This document shows, one piece after another, positions 1 to 9,277 of a stretch of DNA of 31,174 nt (position 1 is the first letter of the stretch; every line of letters begins with the position of its first letter). The position numbers were made by a program, and so were the translations under genes. The DNA comes from a virus (lineage: Duplodnaviria; Caudoviricetes). The stretch lies in the IMG/VR virus record IMGVR_UViG_3300048856_000008, positions 1-31,174 of that record; one strand, written 5' to 3'. Under the pieces are notes generated by a model, which was not told where the DNA came from, searched no databases, and worked only from the letters and a program-made list of their open reading frames with translations.

Positions 1-17
1 CCGCCCGCGTCAGTGTT

Positions 18-32
18 TTAACTGTGGTTTAA
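18..32. promoter_or_regulatory. CtrA-type box TTAA-N7-TTAA
   Basis: TTAA-CTGTGGT-TTAA in an intergenic stretch of a GC-rich genome; matches the alphaproteobacterial CtrA consensus. Confidence 0.55.
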
Positions 33-44
33 TCTTGACTTGAG

Positions 45-82
45 TTGCAGCTCTTCTTCGCATTCGGATATATTGACCGAAT
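45..82 (+). promoter_or_regulatory. Putative host sigma70 promoter with overlapping inverted repeat, upstream of ORF 98-400
   Basis: TTGCAG (45-50), 18 nt, TATATT (69-74). ATTCGG-N9-CCGAAT inverted repeat (62-82) spans the -10; AAGGAG RBS follows. Confidence 0.45.
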
Positions 83-97
83 CAAAGGAGCCCGCTC

Positions 98-400
98 ATG
101 CCTGTTGAGATTCAAGCCGCCTACGTCAAAGCCATCGACCAAAGCTCGTTCGGCTACGCCATCACCTGGAGGGTGGACGGCGAAGAGAAGATCGAGAACC
201 TTGATCGGGAAACGCGCATGTACTTTCCCAGCGAGGCCGTTGGTGCCGCCGAAGAGGAACGCGTCGAAGCCATGCGGGTGGGCGTAAAGTTCGATCTACG
301 CCGCTCATTCGAGAACAAGCGTCAGTGGCTCGGTTGCTCACCCGAAGACCTTACGGCGGCTATCGACGGCTGGGATGGGGAAGTTGCGGTCGTTAATTAG
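98..400 (+). CDS. Hypothetical 100-aa cargo (moron) protein, antisense to phage genes
   Basis: Strong AAGGAG RBS, own promoter-like region, convergent with and slightly overlapping the small terminase stop. Confidence 0.75.
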   Translation: MPVEIQAAYVKAIDQSSFGYAITWRVDGEEKIENLDRETRMYFPSEAVGAAEEERVEAMRVGVKFDLRRSFENKRQWLGCSPEDLTAAIDGWDGEVAVVN

Positions 401-629
401 GTAGGTAGCCCGCTGTGTCGTCATCCTCCGGCCCGGTGAACGGCAGGGTATGGCTTAGCCTCTCCAGCGGGTCGCCCTTCTTGGGTACGCTGTCGATGCC
501 GTTATCCTTGAGGAATTGACGGACCACGGAAAGATCGGATGCGGTCGCGGTCTTGCTGTTCACCCGCTCCAGCAGCTCGTTGGCAAGTGCGGAGTGGAGG
601 TCAGCCATAATCTTGGCTAGGTCACTCAT
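393..629 (-). CDS. gp18: Terminase small subunit (T7 gp18-like)
   Basis: LH..LA.ELL.R...ATASDLSVVRQFLKDNGI motif and position after fibre. Start reassigned to ATG at 629 (ATGA overlap with upstream stop). Confidence 0.85.
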   Translation of the reverse strand: MSDLAKIMADLHSALANELLERVNSKTATASDLSVVRQFLKDNGIDSVPKKGDPLERLSHTLPFTGPEDDDTAGYLPN

Positions 630-868
630 CGGAATAGTCCCTGTATCTGGTCCGCGAACGCGGCAACTAGAGCGATAAGAACACCCCAGGCTATTCCAAG
701 GAACTGCCAAACGCCCCGCTTCTGCTGGACCATTGCTTCAATTGATGTGATGCGCTCCTCATGATCTGAGAGAGCTTCGTCGGTTCGGGTTTGATTGGAG
801 AGCAAGGCATCCACCTTGCCCTCAAGCCGCCCCAACATCAGGTAGAGGTTGGAGTTGTCTTCCATCAA
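626..868 (-). CDS. Small membrane protein, coiled coil plus C-terminal TM (XhlA/holin-like), at the T7 gp17.5 position
   Basis: LGRLEGKVD...HEERITSIE followed by a hydrophobic helix; translationally coupled to fibre and gp18. Confidence 0.6.
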   Translation of the reverse strand: MMEDNSNLYLMLGRLEGKVDALLSNQTRTDEALSDHEERITSIEAMVQQKRGVWQFLGIAWGVLIALVAAFADQIQGLFR

Positions 869-2571
869 AGAGATGCCTTGATGATTAGATTGGACTGGGC
901 CGCGCTCGGGAGAGTGGTGTAAACGCCAGTCGTCTTTGTCAGCAGCATAGCAATGATGCCGTTAGCGCCCATCCGGACATAGATGTTGGCATCGTCTGCC
1001 CACATCGACACGCCATAGCTGGTGCCGCTTCCTGGATGGTCGGCATGATTGTTGAGGAGGACCTCATCAGCCCCCGAGGTGTAACCCGCGAAGGAGCCAG
1101 CCGCAGCGGAAGGGGTCCAGTAGGCGCTGATATGAGTTGGCTTCCTGGGGAGGCCGTGCGGCAAAGTAAGGAGCCCGCCGAATGTGACGATCTGCGGGAG
1201 ACTGGAGAACGAGCTGTTCTCGACGCGTGAGGCGAGAGCGGTGATGTCGTCCGTAAGTTTCGCGACTTCGATTTGCGCCGCCGTAGCCGCACCTTCATCA
1301 TAAGCTTTGATGTAATAGGTGACGGTCATGTTCGCAGGGCGTGTTTCCTGCGCGGTTCGAGCTGCACGAGACAGGTCGAAACTCAGGCCATAGGATACGG
1401 CGGTTCCACTGCCCCCACCCCTAGACCAAGAATCCAGTCCCGCCCCAGTCCCTAAGAACGGGCCATTGCCCTGGTTGTTGGGCGTACTTCCGGCGAGCGT
1501 GGCGGTGACGTTCTGCATCGCATCCGTCTGAACGCTCCCGAAGGTTCTGCCAGCGTCTCTCGTCTGGCTAGGCGACCATTGCCGCTTGAACAGAGCGTCA
1601 CCGTTGGGCATCACCGGGTTACCGGCACCGTTCAGCTCCCATCCATTGGCGATACCAAAGGCCCGGAGCTGTGGGTACGCGGGGCTGATCTCCAAGCCTG
1701 GAACGACCTTAAGAAAGCCGGGAATAGACGTTGAGCCGTTACCATAAACGTCGATCACCGTACCCACCGGGAGGGTGCTGATCTTCGAAAGAAGAACGTC
1801 GATCTCGCTCTTGGTGTAGAACCTAGCTGGGTCGTATTGTGCCGCCGCCGCTGCGCTAGACGCGGCCTCCCCCGCCTTGGTTGCGGCGGTGTCGCGGTAG
1901 CCCTTAGCCTCCAAAGCTCTTGCCGCTGCATCGCTTGCTTTGGTAGCCGCTTCGTCGCGGTATGTTTTGGCATCGGCCACTTTCGAGGCGACCTCCGCCG
2001 CCTTATTAGTCGCAGTCGTGGCGCTCGCGCGGGCATCCTGGGCCTGGGCTTCCGATGTCGTCTTAGCTGTATTTGCGGATGAAGCAGCGGATGCAGCCTC
2101 GTTCGCCTTAGCGGTCGCTTGGGCGAGTTGAGAAGCCATGTCAGTCTTGGCCCAAGCCTTGGTCACCGCGTCCTGATCATTCACAGGGTTCGCAACGTTG
2201 GCGATGCGCCGATAGATAGCCGAGAACTGCCCGTCCTCGGTTACTGCCATGGATGCTGCGCCCTGGTCGAATGCTTCCTGGGAAAGGAAGAAAGATTGCA
2301 GCGTGGAAGTATTGAGATCGGACTGCACGAGAGTGGAGCCATCTGTAAACGTAACTAGCCGTTCGAGCCGAGGCGTGGTGCGGCGCACTTCCACCACGGA
2401 GCCCGGAGGCGGCGCAGTAGTCGTGCGGACACGATAGGTATCAATCCAACTGAACGGAACAGCTACCCCATCAACCCGGACGGCCACATGGGACTTCGAG
2501 AGGTATTCGCAAGGAACATCGAAGTTTCGATTGCTGCCATCCCCTTGGGTATGGGCATATGAAAGAGGCAT
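865..2571 (-). CDS. gp17: Tail fibre protein (T7 gp17-like N-terminus, Ala-rich stalk, collar-like domain, C-terminal domain)
   Basis: N-terminal GDGSNRNFDVPCEYLSK...RRTTP...FTDGSTL T7 anchor; PVGTVI...GRTFGSVQTDA...ETRPANM collar signature; GGAG RBS. Confidence 0.9.
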   Translation of the reverse strand: MPLSYAHTQGDGSNRNFDVPCEYLSKSHVAVRVDGVAVPFSWIDTYRVRTTTAPPPGSVVEVRRTTPRLERLVTFTDGSTLVQSDLNTSTLQSFFLSQEAFDQGAASMAVTEDGQFSAIYRRIANVANPVNDQDAVTKAWAKTDMASQLAQATAKANEAASAASSANTAKTTSEAQAQDARASATTATNKAAEVASKVADAKTYRDEAATKASDAAARALEAKGYRDTAATKAGEAASSAAAAAQYDPARFYTKSEIDVLLSKISTLPVGTVIDVYGNGSTSIPGFLKVVPGLEISPAYPQLRAFGIANGWELNGAGNPVMPNGDALFKRQWSPSQTRDAGRTFGSVQTDAMQNVTATLAGSTPNNQGNGPFLGTGAGLDSWSRGGGSGTAVSYGLSFDLSRAARTAQETRPANMTVTYYIKAYDEGAATAAQIEVAKLTDDITALASRVENSSFSSLPQIVTFGGLLTLPHGLPRKPTHISAYWTPSAAAGSFAGYTSGADEVLLNNHADHPGSGTSYGVSMWADDANIYVRMGANGIIAMLLTKTTGVYTTLPSAAQSNLIIKASL

Positions 2572-2589
2572 TTAAGTCTCCAAAACGAG

Positions 2590-2622
2590 AAAAGCCCCCG
2601 CCACGGGTTGCGTGACGAGGGC
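2590..2622 (-). terminator. Intrinsic terminator between gp16 and tail fibre
   Basis: Minus strand GCCCTCGTCACG-CAACC-CGTGGCGGGGGC-TTTT. Confidence 0.7.
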
Positions 2623-2648
2623 CATGAGGTTTTTTAGGGTTGGCGTGG

Positions 2649-5600
2649 TTATTTCTTGGGGGACCACTCCGGGAGTGGACTGATCACCGTCGAGAGAAGC
2701 TGGGCGATACCGTTGAGGTTCTGGAACGGAAGGACGCGAGCTAGCGTTCGGGCATCCGCCTGGGAGAAAGCCTTCCCGTGTAAGGATTGACCGGCTACAC
2801 CCAAGACCTTGATGCTGCTGTCCACGAGGTCCGCTGAGGGGTTCCCGAAGATTGCATCGGAGCCCAGGCCGGTGGAGCGGGCATCAAAGATCGGATGCTC
2901 CTTCTCACGGAATGGAGAAGCGAGGGTGTCAATCGCCATCGGCATGACACTCGCCCAGGAGGAGTTCTGGATACCAGCAGCCGCGAGACTGCCCAGCGAT
3001 AGCCGCTCCTCAAGATATTTCTCACGATCACTTCGCCCGACCGAGCCTGCGTAGGTCCGCATCATGTAGGACATAGAGGCCGCGAACGTGGTGGTTAGGA
3101 ACGCCGCTGCGGTAGCGGTATCCCGGAAGTTCAAGCCCTGTAGCGTCTGCTTCGTATAGGCTGCGAGGACGAAGGACCGGAACTGGAGGAACGTCCTTGC
3201 CAGAGGCGCGGACATCCACATGGCCATCTGGCCGATGTCATTCTCCTGGATGATCGACCGGCTCAGTCGGAACGCAGCCGTCTCGAAGTTTGCCACGGCT
3301 TCCCGGTCGGCCCACTTGCCGAGGTTCAGCGCCTTGAGCCGCCCCTTGTCGAAGGTCGCGTGATTGCGGATATTCTCATAGATCGCCTCGGCCCTACGCT
3401 CATCCAGGGCGAGAGCCTCCAGGCGGCGGGGGTTCATCTTGGTGCGGCCCTGGGCCATCAAGGCGAACTTGTTCATGATTGAACGGCCAGTCCAACGCTG
3501 GAGCGCGGTGTTCACTGGAGCCATACCTGACATCGCGGACACCGCCCGCTTGCCCTGGTGGAGGAAGTCATCCACCTTCTCCAGGACCGGGTTGTTCCAG
3601 GTATCGAGCGGGTTATCGAACACGTCCTCCCTGCGGTGGGTGGCATGGCGAACCCAGTCAGCACCGCCGCCCGTGATGTCCTCCCATTCCTGGGCAAGAG
3701 TATCATCAAGCTTCCCGGTCTTCGCATTGCGCCACATGGCACGGAACGAAGGGACGTTGGTGAAGGACGCTTTGAGCCCGAGCTGGGAGACCGTGTTCAT
3801 GGCTTCAGAGAGCTGGGCGAAGCCGACTTGCCCCATGACGCGGACGAAGTTGTAGTCGCGGGCCATCCGGAGGAACTGGTTCCAATCGGACCCCTCGTTC
3901 CAGGTGGGCTTGCCAACGATGGTGTTATAGACCCAGTTGAGCCGGTCAACGTCCTGCTTGGTCTTGCCCTGGATACCCTTCTGGTCCCCCACGTCGCGGA
4001 CCTTATCCATCAGGGTATTCCATTCGCCATCCGAGGTTACCCCCTGGACGAAGTATTCATCCGCCATGTCGCCCGGTTGCCACTTCGGGTTCTTGATCTC
4101 CATCCTAGCCATGGCAATGCGGCCCGACATTTGCCGGGAGTAGCTGCGAAGGAGAGTATCCGCATCGTTGATGAAGAGGTCGGAGATGCGAACGAACTTC
4201 GCCCCGGCGTCCCCATTGGAATACGGGAGCATCGCACCGAAGTTCTCGTCATAGAACATGCGGGACTTGCCGTGACGGCTGGCACCGTCCTTCTTCCCCG
4301 GCTTCATGTGACCGATAAGGGTATCGATGTCGGCCTCGGAAAGGTCGGTGTCCTGGATGAGGTTCGCCTTGAGGGCGTCCAGGTCTTCCCCCGAGAACGC
4401 ACGGGACATCTGCTGTAGCTCGCCTGCGGAAAGGGAGTGGAGCTTCTTGATGTAATTGTAGGCGAACTTGTCGGCCAGCTCTTCGTTGATCTCGTCGTTC
4501 ACCTCTCTCATTGCCCGCGATACGAGGCCCGAGAGGGTCTTGTGCCCGAACTTCGTGAGATGGTCCTGGATGGACCCGAGATCGAAGATGCGCGGAACGT
4601 AGTGGTCATTCCGGGTGAGGCCCTCGAAACCCCGAACGGCCCGCATGGTGCGACCGTCGATAACCCCAGGGTTCGCCGCAGTCTCGGCATAGGTGCCCAG
4701 GATATCCTTGAGGACCGCTCCCTGGGCTTTCACCGCAGGGTCATAATCCACCATCAGGTCATGATCGCGAACGTAGGCTGTCACCTGTTGATGGAACTCA
4801 TCCCGGCTCGCATCCGGATTGCGCTCCCTAAACTGCTTCCAGTTGGCTTTATTGGAGGACGCCCATTTCGCCTCGGCCCTTCCGTGGAGGAGAGCCTGGA
4901 CCTCGGACGCGCCAATGGGGGTGATGCCGCTTTTGTTGCGGGCAGCATCCTCAACGATCACGTTGCCGATCATCGACGTGAGATCGTTCTCGGAACTCTT
5001 GAGCGAGTACGCGCTGTCGAAACGAAGACCACCCGCGTCGAAGACATCGGGCCTTTCAGCGTCCCGCACGATGTCAGCGGTATCGAACCTCAGAGGTTCC
5101 CTGGGGTTCACCTGCATGGCACCCGCTGTCGAGCCACCGGGCGGTGACATGGCCGTGCCATTGTGCATGTTCCGGCCAATCTTCTGGAATTGCTGGGCTT
5201 CGGCCAGGGTCGCCGGGTTTTTCGCCAGGGCACCAAAGGCACCCCCGAGGAGCATGCCGGTTCCCACCCCCCACCAAAGGTCGGCTTCCTCGGCGGTGGG
5301 CTTGTTCGCATAAAGGATGCCTTCCGAAACAGCGGCACCGGCCCCACCCTCAGCAGCCGTTAGGGCTACCTGCCCGACCTTGCCGAACCTAGCGGCCACC
5401 GCAGCCGGTGCCCCGGTGCCAAGCGTAGCTGCGGAGATACCAGCAGCAGCGGCCCAGGCGAGCGGGTCGGTTACCCCTGCGGCCACCCTAAGGCCCACAC
5501 CACCCCAACCGAGGGAGGCTAGGCGTTGCTCAGCTTCCATCTGCTTGACCAGGGAGTTCCGCATCCCTTCGGCATGGACCAGGGATTGAGCGTCACCGAA

Positions 5601-6410
5601 GCGGTCCCAGTATTGCTCCGGGATACCCTTGGTAAGCTCGTCCATCGTCTTGGGGTCAAGCCGGAAGTTAGGGTCAGGCTTCGCCTCGGGTTTGTCCTGC
5701 CAGATAGCCGAGAGCGACCAATCGGTGTTCACGGCGTCCTTCACCCCCTGCCAGATGGTCGTATCAGGCAAGGCATCCTCGCGGGCCTGGGCGGCAACGC
5801 GGTCCTCCTCCATCGTGGTCGGGAGGACAGGCTGGGTGCTGCTCATGACGGACACGGTGTTCTCGGGAGAGCCCACGGTGAAGTTGGATTGCGGCTGGTC
5901 CGGCCCAGGGTTTGAGAAGGTGAGCCGCGTGGGCTCCTTGATATGGGTCGCCGGGACGCCGTGGAAGGCATCACTGAGCCACTTGGGCGCATTGGCGCTA
6001 TCGCCGTTAGCACCCCATACCGTGGGGGAGCCAAAGCCGATGTGCATGGAGCCGGGTTGCATGTAGCCCTGGCCCGCGCCGAAACCGGTTACGCCTGAGG
6101 CCCTCGCCTTCCGGACGATATCCTGGAACACAGGGACATCCTCGGGCCTTGCCCAGTCTAGCTTCCTGCCATCCTTGTAGAAGAAGACATCAGCGGCACC
6201 GCCGTGGTCGTGTCGGACGGAGCCAGTACGACTCCCTTTGCCTTGCGAGGCCTCAGCCTTGGTGACCTGCCCACCGCTGAAAACCTCCATCTGGATACCC
6301 ATGTCTTCCAGGAAGCCGAGGGAGTTCACCAGCCGGGGGTCAAGCGGGAGGTTGCGCTTAGCCGCGCCGTTAGAATACCGGAGCCATGCCGGTGTGTTTG
6401 AACTTGCCAT
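2649..6410 (-). CDS. gp16: Internal virion protein D (gp16-like) with N-terminal M15-type Zn peptidase domain
   Basis: 1253 aa, last gene before fibre; C-terminal FLQFRSF and LPFQNL motifs; N-terminal RHDHGGAAD...MHIG. Start reassigned to ATG 6410 (AAGGA RBS). Confidence 0.85.
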   Translation of the reverse strand: MASSNTPAWLRYSNGAAKRNLPLDPRLVNSLGFLEDMGIQMEVFSGGQVTKAEASQGKGSRTGSVRHDHGGAADVFFYKDGRKLDWARPEDVPVFQDIVRKARASGVTGFGAGQGYMQPGSMHIGFGSPTVWGANGDSANAPKWLSDAFHGVPATHIKEPTRLTFSNPGPDQPQSNFTVGSPENTVSVMSSTQPVLPTTMEEDRVAAQAREDALPDTTIWQGVKDAVNTDWSLSAIWQDKPEAKPDPNFRLDPKTMDELTKGIPEQYWDRFGDAQSLVHAEGMRNSLVKQMEAEQRLASLGWGGVGLRVAAGVTDPLAWAAAAGISAATLGTGAPAAVAARFGKVGQVALTAAEGGAGAAVSEGILYANKPTAEEADLWWGVGTGMLLGGAFGALAKNPATLAEAQQFQKIGRNMHNGTAMSPPGGSTAGAMQVNPREPLRFDTADIVRDAERPDVFDAGGLRFDSAYSLKSSENDLTSMIGNVIVEDAARNKSGITPIGASEVQALLHGRAEAKWASSNKANWKQFRERNPDASRDEFHQQVTAYVRDHDLMVDYDPAVKAQGAVLKDILGTYAETAANPGVIDGRTMRAVRGFEGLTRNDHYVPRIFDLGSIQDHLTKFGHKTLSGLVSRAMREVNDEINEELADKFAYNYIKKLHSLSAGELQQMSRAFSGEDLDALKANLIQDTDLSEADIDTLIGHMKPGKKDGASRHGKSRMFYDENFGAMLPYSNGDAGAKFVRISDLFINDADTLLRSYSRQMSGRIAMARMEIKNPKWQPGDMADEYFVQGVTSDGEWNTLMDKVRDVGDQKGIQGKTKQDVDRLNWVYNTIVGKPTWNEGSDWNQFLRMARDYNFVRVMGQVGFAQLSEAMNTVSQLGLKASFTNVPSFRAMWRNAKTGKLDDTLAQEWEDITGGGADWVRHATHRREDVFDNPLDTWNNPVLEKVDDFLHQGKRAVSAMSGMAPVNTALQRWTGRSIMNKFALMAQGRTKMNPRRLEALALDERRAEAIYENIRNHATFDKGRLKALNLGKWADREAVANFETAAFRLSRSIIQENDIGQMAMWMSAPLARTFLQFRSFVLAAYTKQTLQGLNFRDTATAAAFLTTTFAASMSYMMRTYAGSVGRSDREKYLEERLSLGSLAAAGIQNSSWASVMPMAIDTLASPFREKEHPIFDARSTGLGSDAIFGNPSADLVDSSIKVLGVAGQSLHGKAFSQADARTLARVLPFQNLNGIAQLLSTVISPLPEWSPKK

Positions 6411-6424
6411 TAGGGTGTCCTTAG

Positions 6425-6453
6425 AAATGAAAAGGACCACCCGAAGGTGGCCC
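6425..6453 (-). terminator. Intrinsic terminator between gp15 and gp16
   Basis: Minus strand GGGCCACC-TTCG-GGTGGTCC-TTTTCATTT. Confidence 0.75.
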
Positions 6454-6455
6454 GA

Positions 6456-8744
6456 TTAGGGGAAGGAACGCTTGCGCATGACCTCAATCCGCCGTGCCCG
6501 TTCCTCCTGGATAGCCTTGATGCTGTCCTGGGTTTCGGCCTGCTGATCGATGACGCCCTGCTTGATCTCGTCCTTCCTTTCCTGGTCGAGCTGGTAGAGT
6601 GAGCGGAGATCGATGTTCGCTCGGTCTGCATGCTCGACGGGATACTGGCCGGTTTGGTGGACGATCATCCAGCCGTTACCGTTGGTCGCTGGCCGGATGG
6701 TGAGGTCGTCTGCGTCAACGCCTTCCGTCTCCCCGAAATCCTTCACGTACTTGTCGATGGCGCGGGTCGCGAGTTCTGCGAAGTTCGGCGGGGTGTCCTT
6801 CCCAGCGGTGTAGATGAAGTTGCCCTTGACCTCCGTGTGGGTGGCCTCGAAGCGTTTCTTAGCCTCTTCCAGGGCGTCATCTGCACTCATCCCGTTCTGT
6901 GCATAGAACTTCCCGAGACGGCCGATTTCGTTGGCAACGTAACCCTGGTTTTTCGGGGTGCTACCGAACCAACCGCCAATGCCGCCATAGGTGATCGACT
7001 TGACGCGGGTATCGATCTGATCAAACCGCTGTTGTGTCCCCGCCCCTTGGAACTTCGAGGGGTCGGAAGTCTGCATCATCGCGGTCTGCATCGCCTGCTC
7101 GGGCTTGAGCTTCCCGTATTGGGTGGCAACGCGATAGGCTTCATAGAAGTCCCGGTCTGCGCTGTCCTTGATATGCATTTCGAGAAGCTTCGGGTTTGCA
7201 GCGTGGAGCTTCATGTAGAGATCAACGCTGTCCTGGAGCGCAGGCGGAACCTCGCCACCTGATAGGGTGAACTGGGTTGCCGACTTAGGCCCCGCGCTGA
7301 GGACATGCTCCCACTTTGGGTTCCTCAGGTTGCCGACTGAGAAGGTCTCCACCTGCATCCCGAAGGCTTGCTCGGGGGTCGCCTTGCCCTTCGTCACCAG
7401 CCATTCCGACTGATCAACAAGTCGCTTGGCAGCGGCTTTCTTCTGGTCCTCGACCGAGATCGTCCTTGTTTCGCCGGTCTTGGTGGGGACCGTGACTTCC
7501 TCGATATAGGCCCCCATGCCCTTGGTAACGGCCTCGACGTTACGGGAGGTCACGTCTTCCTCGGCCTGGGTAGCGGCTCGTTCAAGGGCGATCTTGTGTT
7601 CCGCCTTGGCCAGTTCCCTCGCCTGCTGTTCGTTGTAGGTGTCATTCTGGTTGATCAGGGAGAGAACCTGAGCTTCCGAGAAAGCGCCCTCGTTCGACCG
7701 ATGCCAGGACAAAAGCTCGTCACGGTCGAGCTGGCCCTGTCGAGCCTTGTCCCAAAATCCCATTCGGGCGTCACGGGTAGTCTCCTCGGCCTGCTCGTGG
7801 TTCTGCCTCTTGGCCATGTTCTGGATGCGGGTGGCATCCGCCTGGAACTCCCGGTTGGAAGCCAAGGTGCCCAGGACAGTGCCATCAGCGCCCTTCCGGT
7901 CGGAGTTCAAGATGGCGTTGACCATCTCGGTATCGCCCTTGGCGGCGAACGCCTCAGCCAGTCGGACCATCTCCCGGTCCTGCTCCTTGAAATCCACATG
8001 GAGCAGTGATCGGTTGCCTTCGTATTTTCCACGGAGGGCTGCAACGATCTCCTCGGGGGTCTTCTTTCCCTCGGAGCGGAGTGCCGTGGCCTCACCGTGG
8101 AAGGTGTCATAGACCCCGCTAACGGTGTCCTGCTTCACCTGCTCGGTCTTGTACTGAGCCTGGGCCGTGTTCGCCCTGGCACTGAAACCGTTCATGACCT
8201 TGTTATAGGCCCCGGTGAAGTGAGGGTCATTCCCGTATTGCTCTAGGTCGGCCCCGGTGCGTTCGCGGATGAGACCATCGAGGTTGCCTGAGTTCTTGTC
8301 GAAGTTGGTCTCGTACTCGATCGAAAGCTCGTTGACGCGCTCGTAGGCAAGGCGTTCGCCGTACTGCTTCATAAACGCGGCCTTGAACCACGGGTTCTCC
8401 ATCTCGGCCATCTTGCCGCTGTTCACGGCATCGCGGGCTTCCTGGAAGCTCATGCCACCGATGCGGCGGTTTGCCCGGTCCTCGGCATCCTTCTGCGCCT
8501 TGGCAGCGGTTACATCGAGGAAATTGGAGAGCCCAGGGCTGATCTGAGCGAGCGCCCCAGCCAACTGCTGGAGACCATTCGGCCCCGAAGGTGGGGCCTG
8601 AGGACGGCTATAGGTATCCACCGGGCGAGCCTGGGGTTGCAAGGCTACATCCCCGATGGGGTTCCGAACCTGGACACGGCCTCGGTTCGCACCACCCACC
8701 GATGGGCGGTCATCTTGTCGGGTCAATCCCGGTAGTTTTGTCAT
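6456..8744 (-). CDS. gp15: Internal virion protein C (gp15-like)
   Basis: 762-aa helical protein between gp14 and gp16; QLAGALAQISPGL and ENPWF motifs. Confidence 0.75.
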   Translation of the reverse strand: MTKLPGLTRQDDRPSVGGANRGRVQVRNPIGDVALQPQARPVDTYSRPQAPPSGPNGLQQLAGALAQISPGLSNFLDVTAAKAQKDAEDRANRRIGGMSFQEARDAVNSGKMAEMENPWFKAAFMKQYGERLAYERVNELSIEYETNFDKNSGNLDGLIRERTGADLEQYGNDPHFTGAYNKVMNGFSARANTAQAQYKTEQVKQDTVSGVYDTFHGEATALRSEGKKTPEEIVAALRGKYEGNRSLLHVDFKEQDREMVRLAEAFAAKGDTEMVNAILNSDRKGADGTVLGTLASNREFQADATRIQNMAKRQNHEQAEETTRDARMGFWDKARQGQLDRDELLSWHRSNEGAFSEAQVLSLINQNDTYNEQQARELAKAEHKIALERAATQAEEDVTSRNVEAVTKGMGAYIEEVTVPTKTGETRTISVEDQKKAAAKRLVDQSEWLVTKGKATPEQAFGMQVETFSVGNLRNPKWEHVLSAGPKSATQFTLSGGEVPPALQDSVDLYMKLHAANPKLLEMHIKDSADRDFYEAYRVATQYGKLKPEQAMQTAMMQTSDPSKFQGAGTQQRFDQIDTRVKSITYGGIGGWFGSTPKNQGYVANEIGRLGKFYAQNGMSADDALEEAKKRFEATHTEVKGNFIYTAGKDTPPNFAELATRAIDKYVKDFGETEGVDADDLTIRPATNGNGWMIVHQTGQYPVEHADRANIDLRSLYQLDQERKDEIKQGVIDQQAETQDSIKAIQEERARRIEVMRKRSFP

Positions 8745-8746
8745 GG

Positions 8747-9274
8747 CTATTCCGTTGGCTTGTATTTGCTGTAGCTATTCAGGCCGATGCCACCGATCTT
8801 GAGGGCGGCTGCAAACGGGCTAGGGCCGGAAGCCCATGGCATGGAGTTGATGCGGTCTTTGGCTTTCGCCTTGAGGCCGTCCATCTCGCGAGTGAGGTTC
8901 GCGGTGGTGAAGCCGGTGTTCTGCGATATGCGGTCTTTGGCCGTAGCCTCTTTACCGTAAACGTCTGCAAGAAGGGCATCGACCGAGAGGCCGGAAACAC
9001 CTGCTTCACCAGCAGCGGCCATGGTGGTCGCACGGGCGGCACGGGCTTCACGGGAAAGGTCTTGCTTCTGAGCAGCGGCGGCATCTTCTTCCTGGATTTG
9101 CCGCGTCTGAACGTCAGCATATTCCCGGACTAGATTTTCATTCGCAGCTCTTTGGTTCTGGCGAACCATGTCGTTCTGCTGCTTTGCCTGCTGCTGGGCA
9201 CCGATGAACTCCATGCCGGTCTGAACAGCGCCAATCGCGAACGAACTCACCATCATTGTAATGGGGTCGCACAT
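8747..9274 (-). CDS. gp14: Internal virion protein B (gp14-like)
   Basis: MCDP start, Q/A-rich helix, AGEAGVSGLSVD motif, position. Confidence 0.85.
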   Translation of the reverse strand: MCDPITMMVSSFAIGAVQTGMEFIGAQQQAKQQNDMVRQNQRAANENLVREYADVQTRQIQEEDAAAAQKQDLSREARAARATTMAAAGEAGVSGLSVDALLADVYGKEATAKDRISQNTGFTTANLTREMDGLKAKAKDRINSMPWASGPSPFAAALKIGGIGLNSYSKYKPTE

Positions 9275-9277
9275 TGG

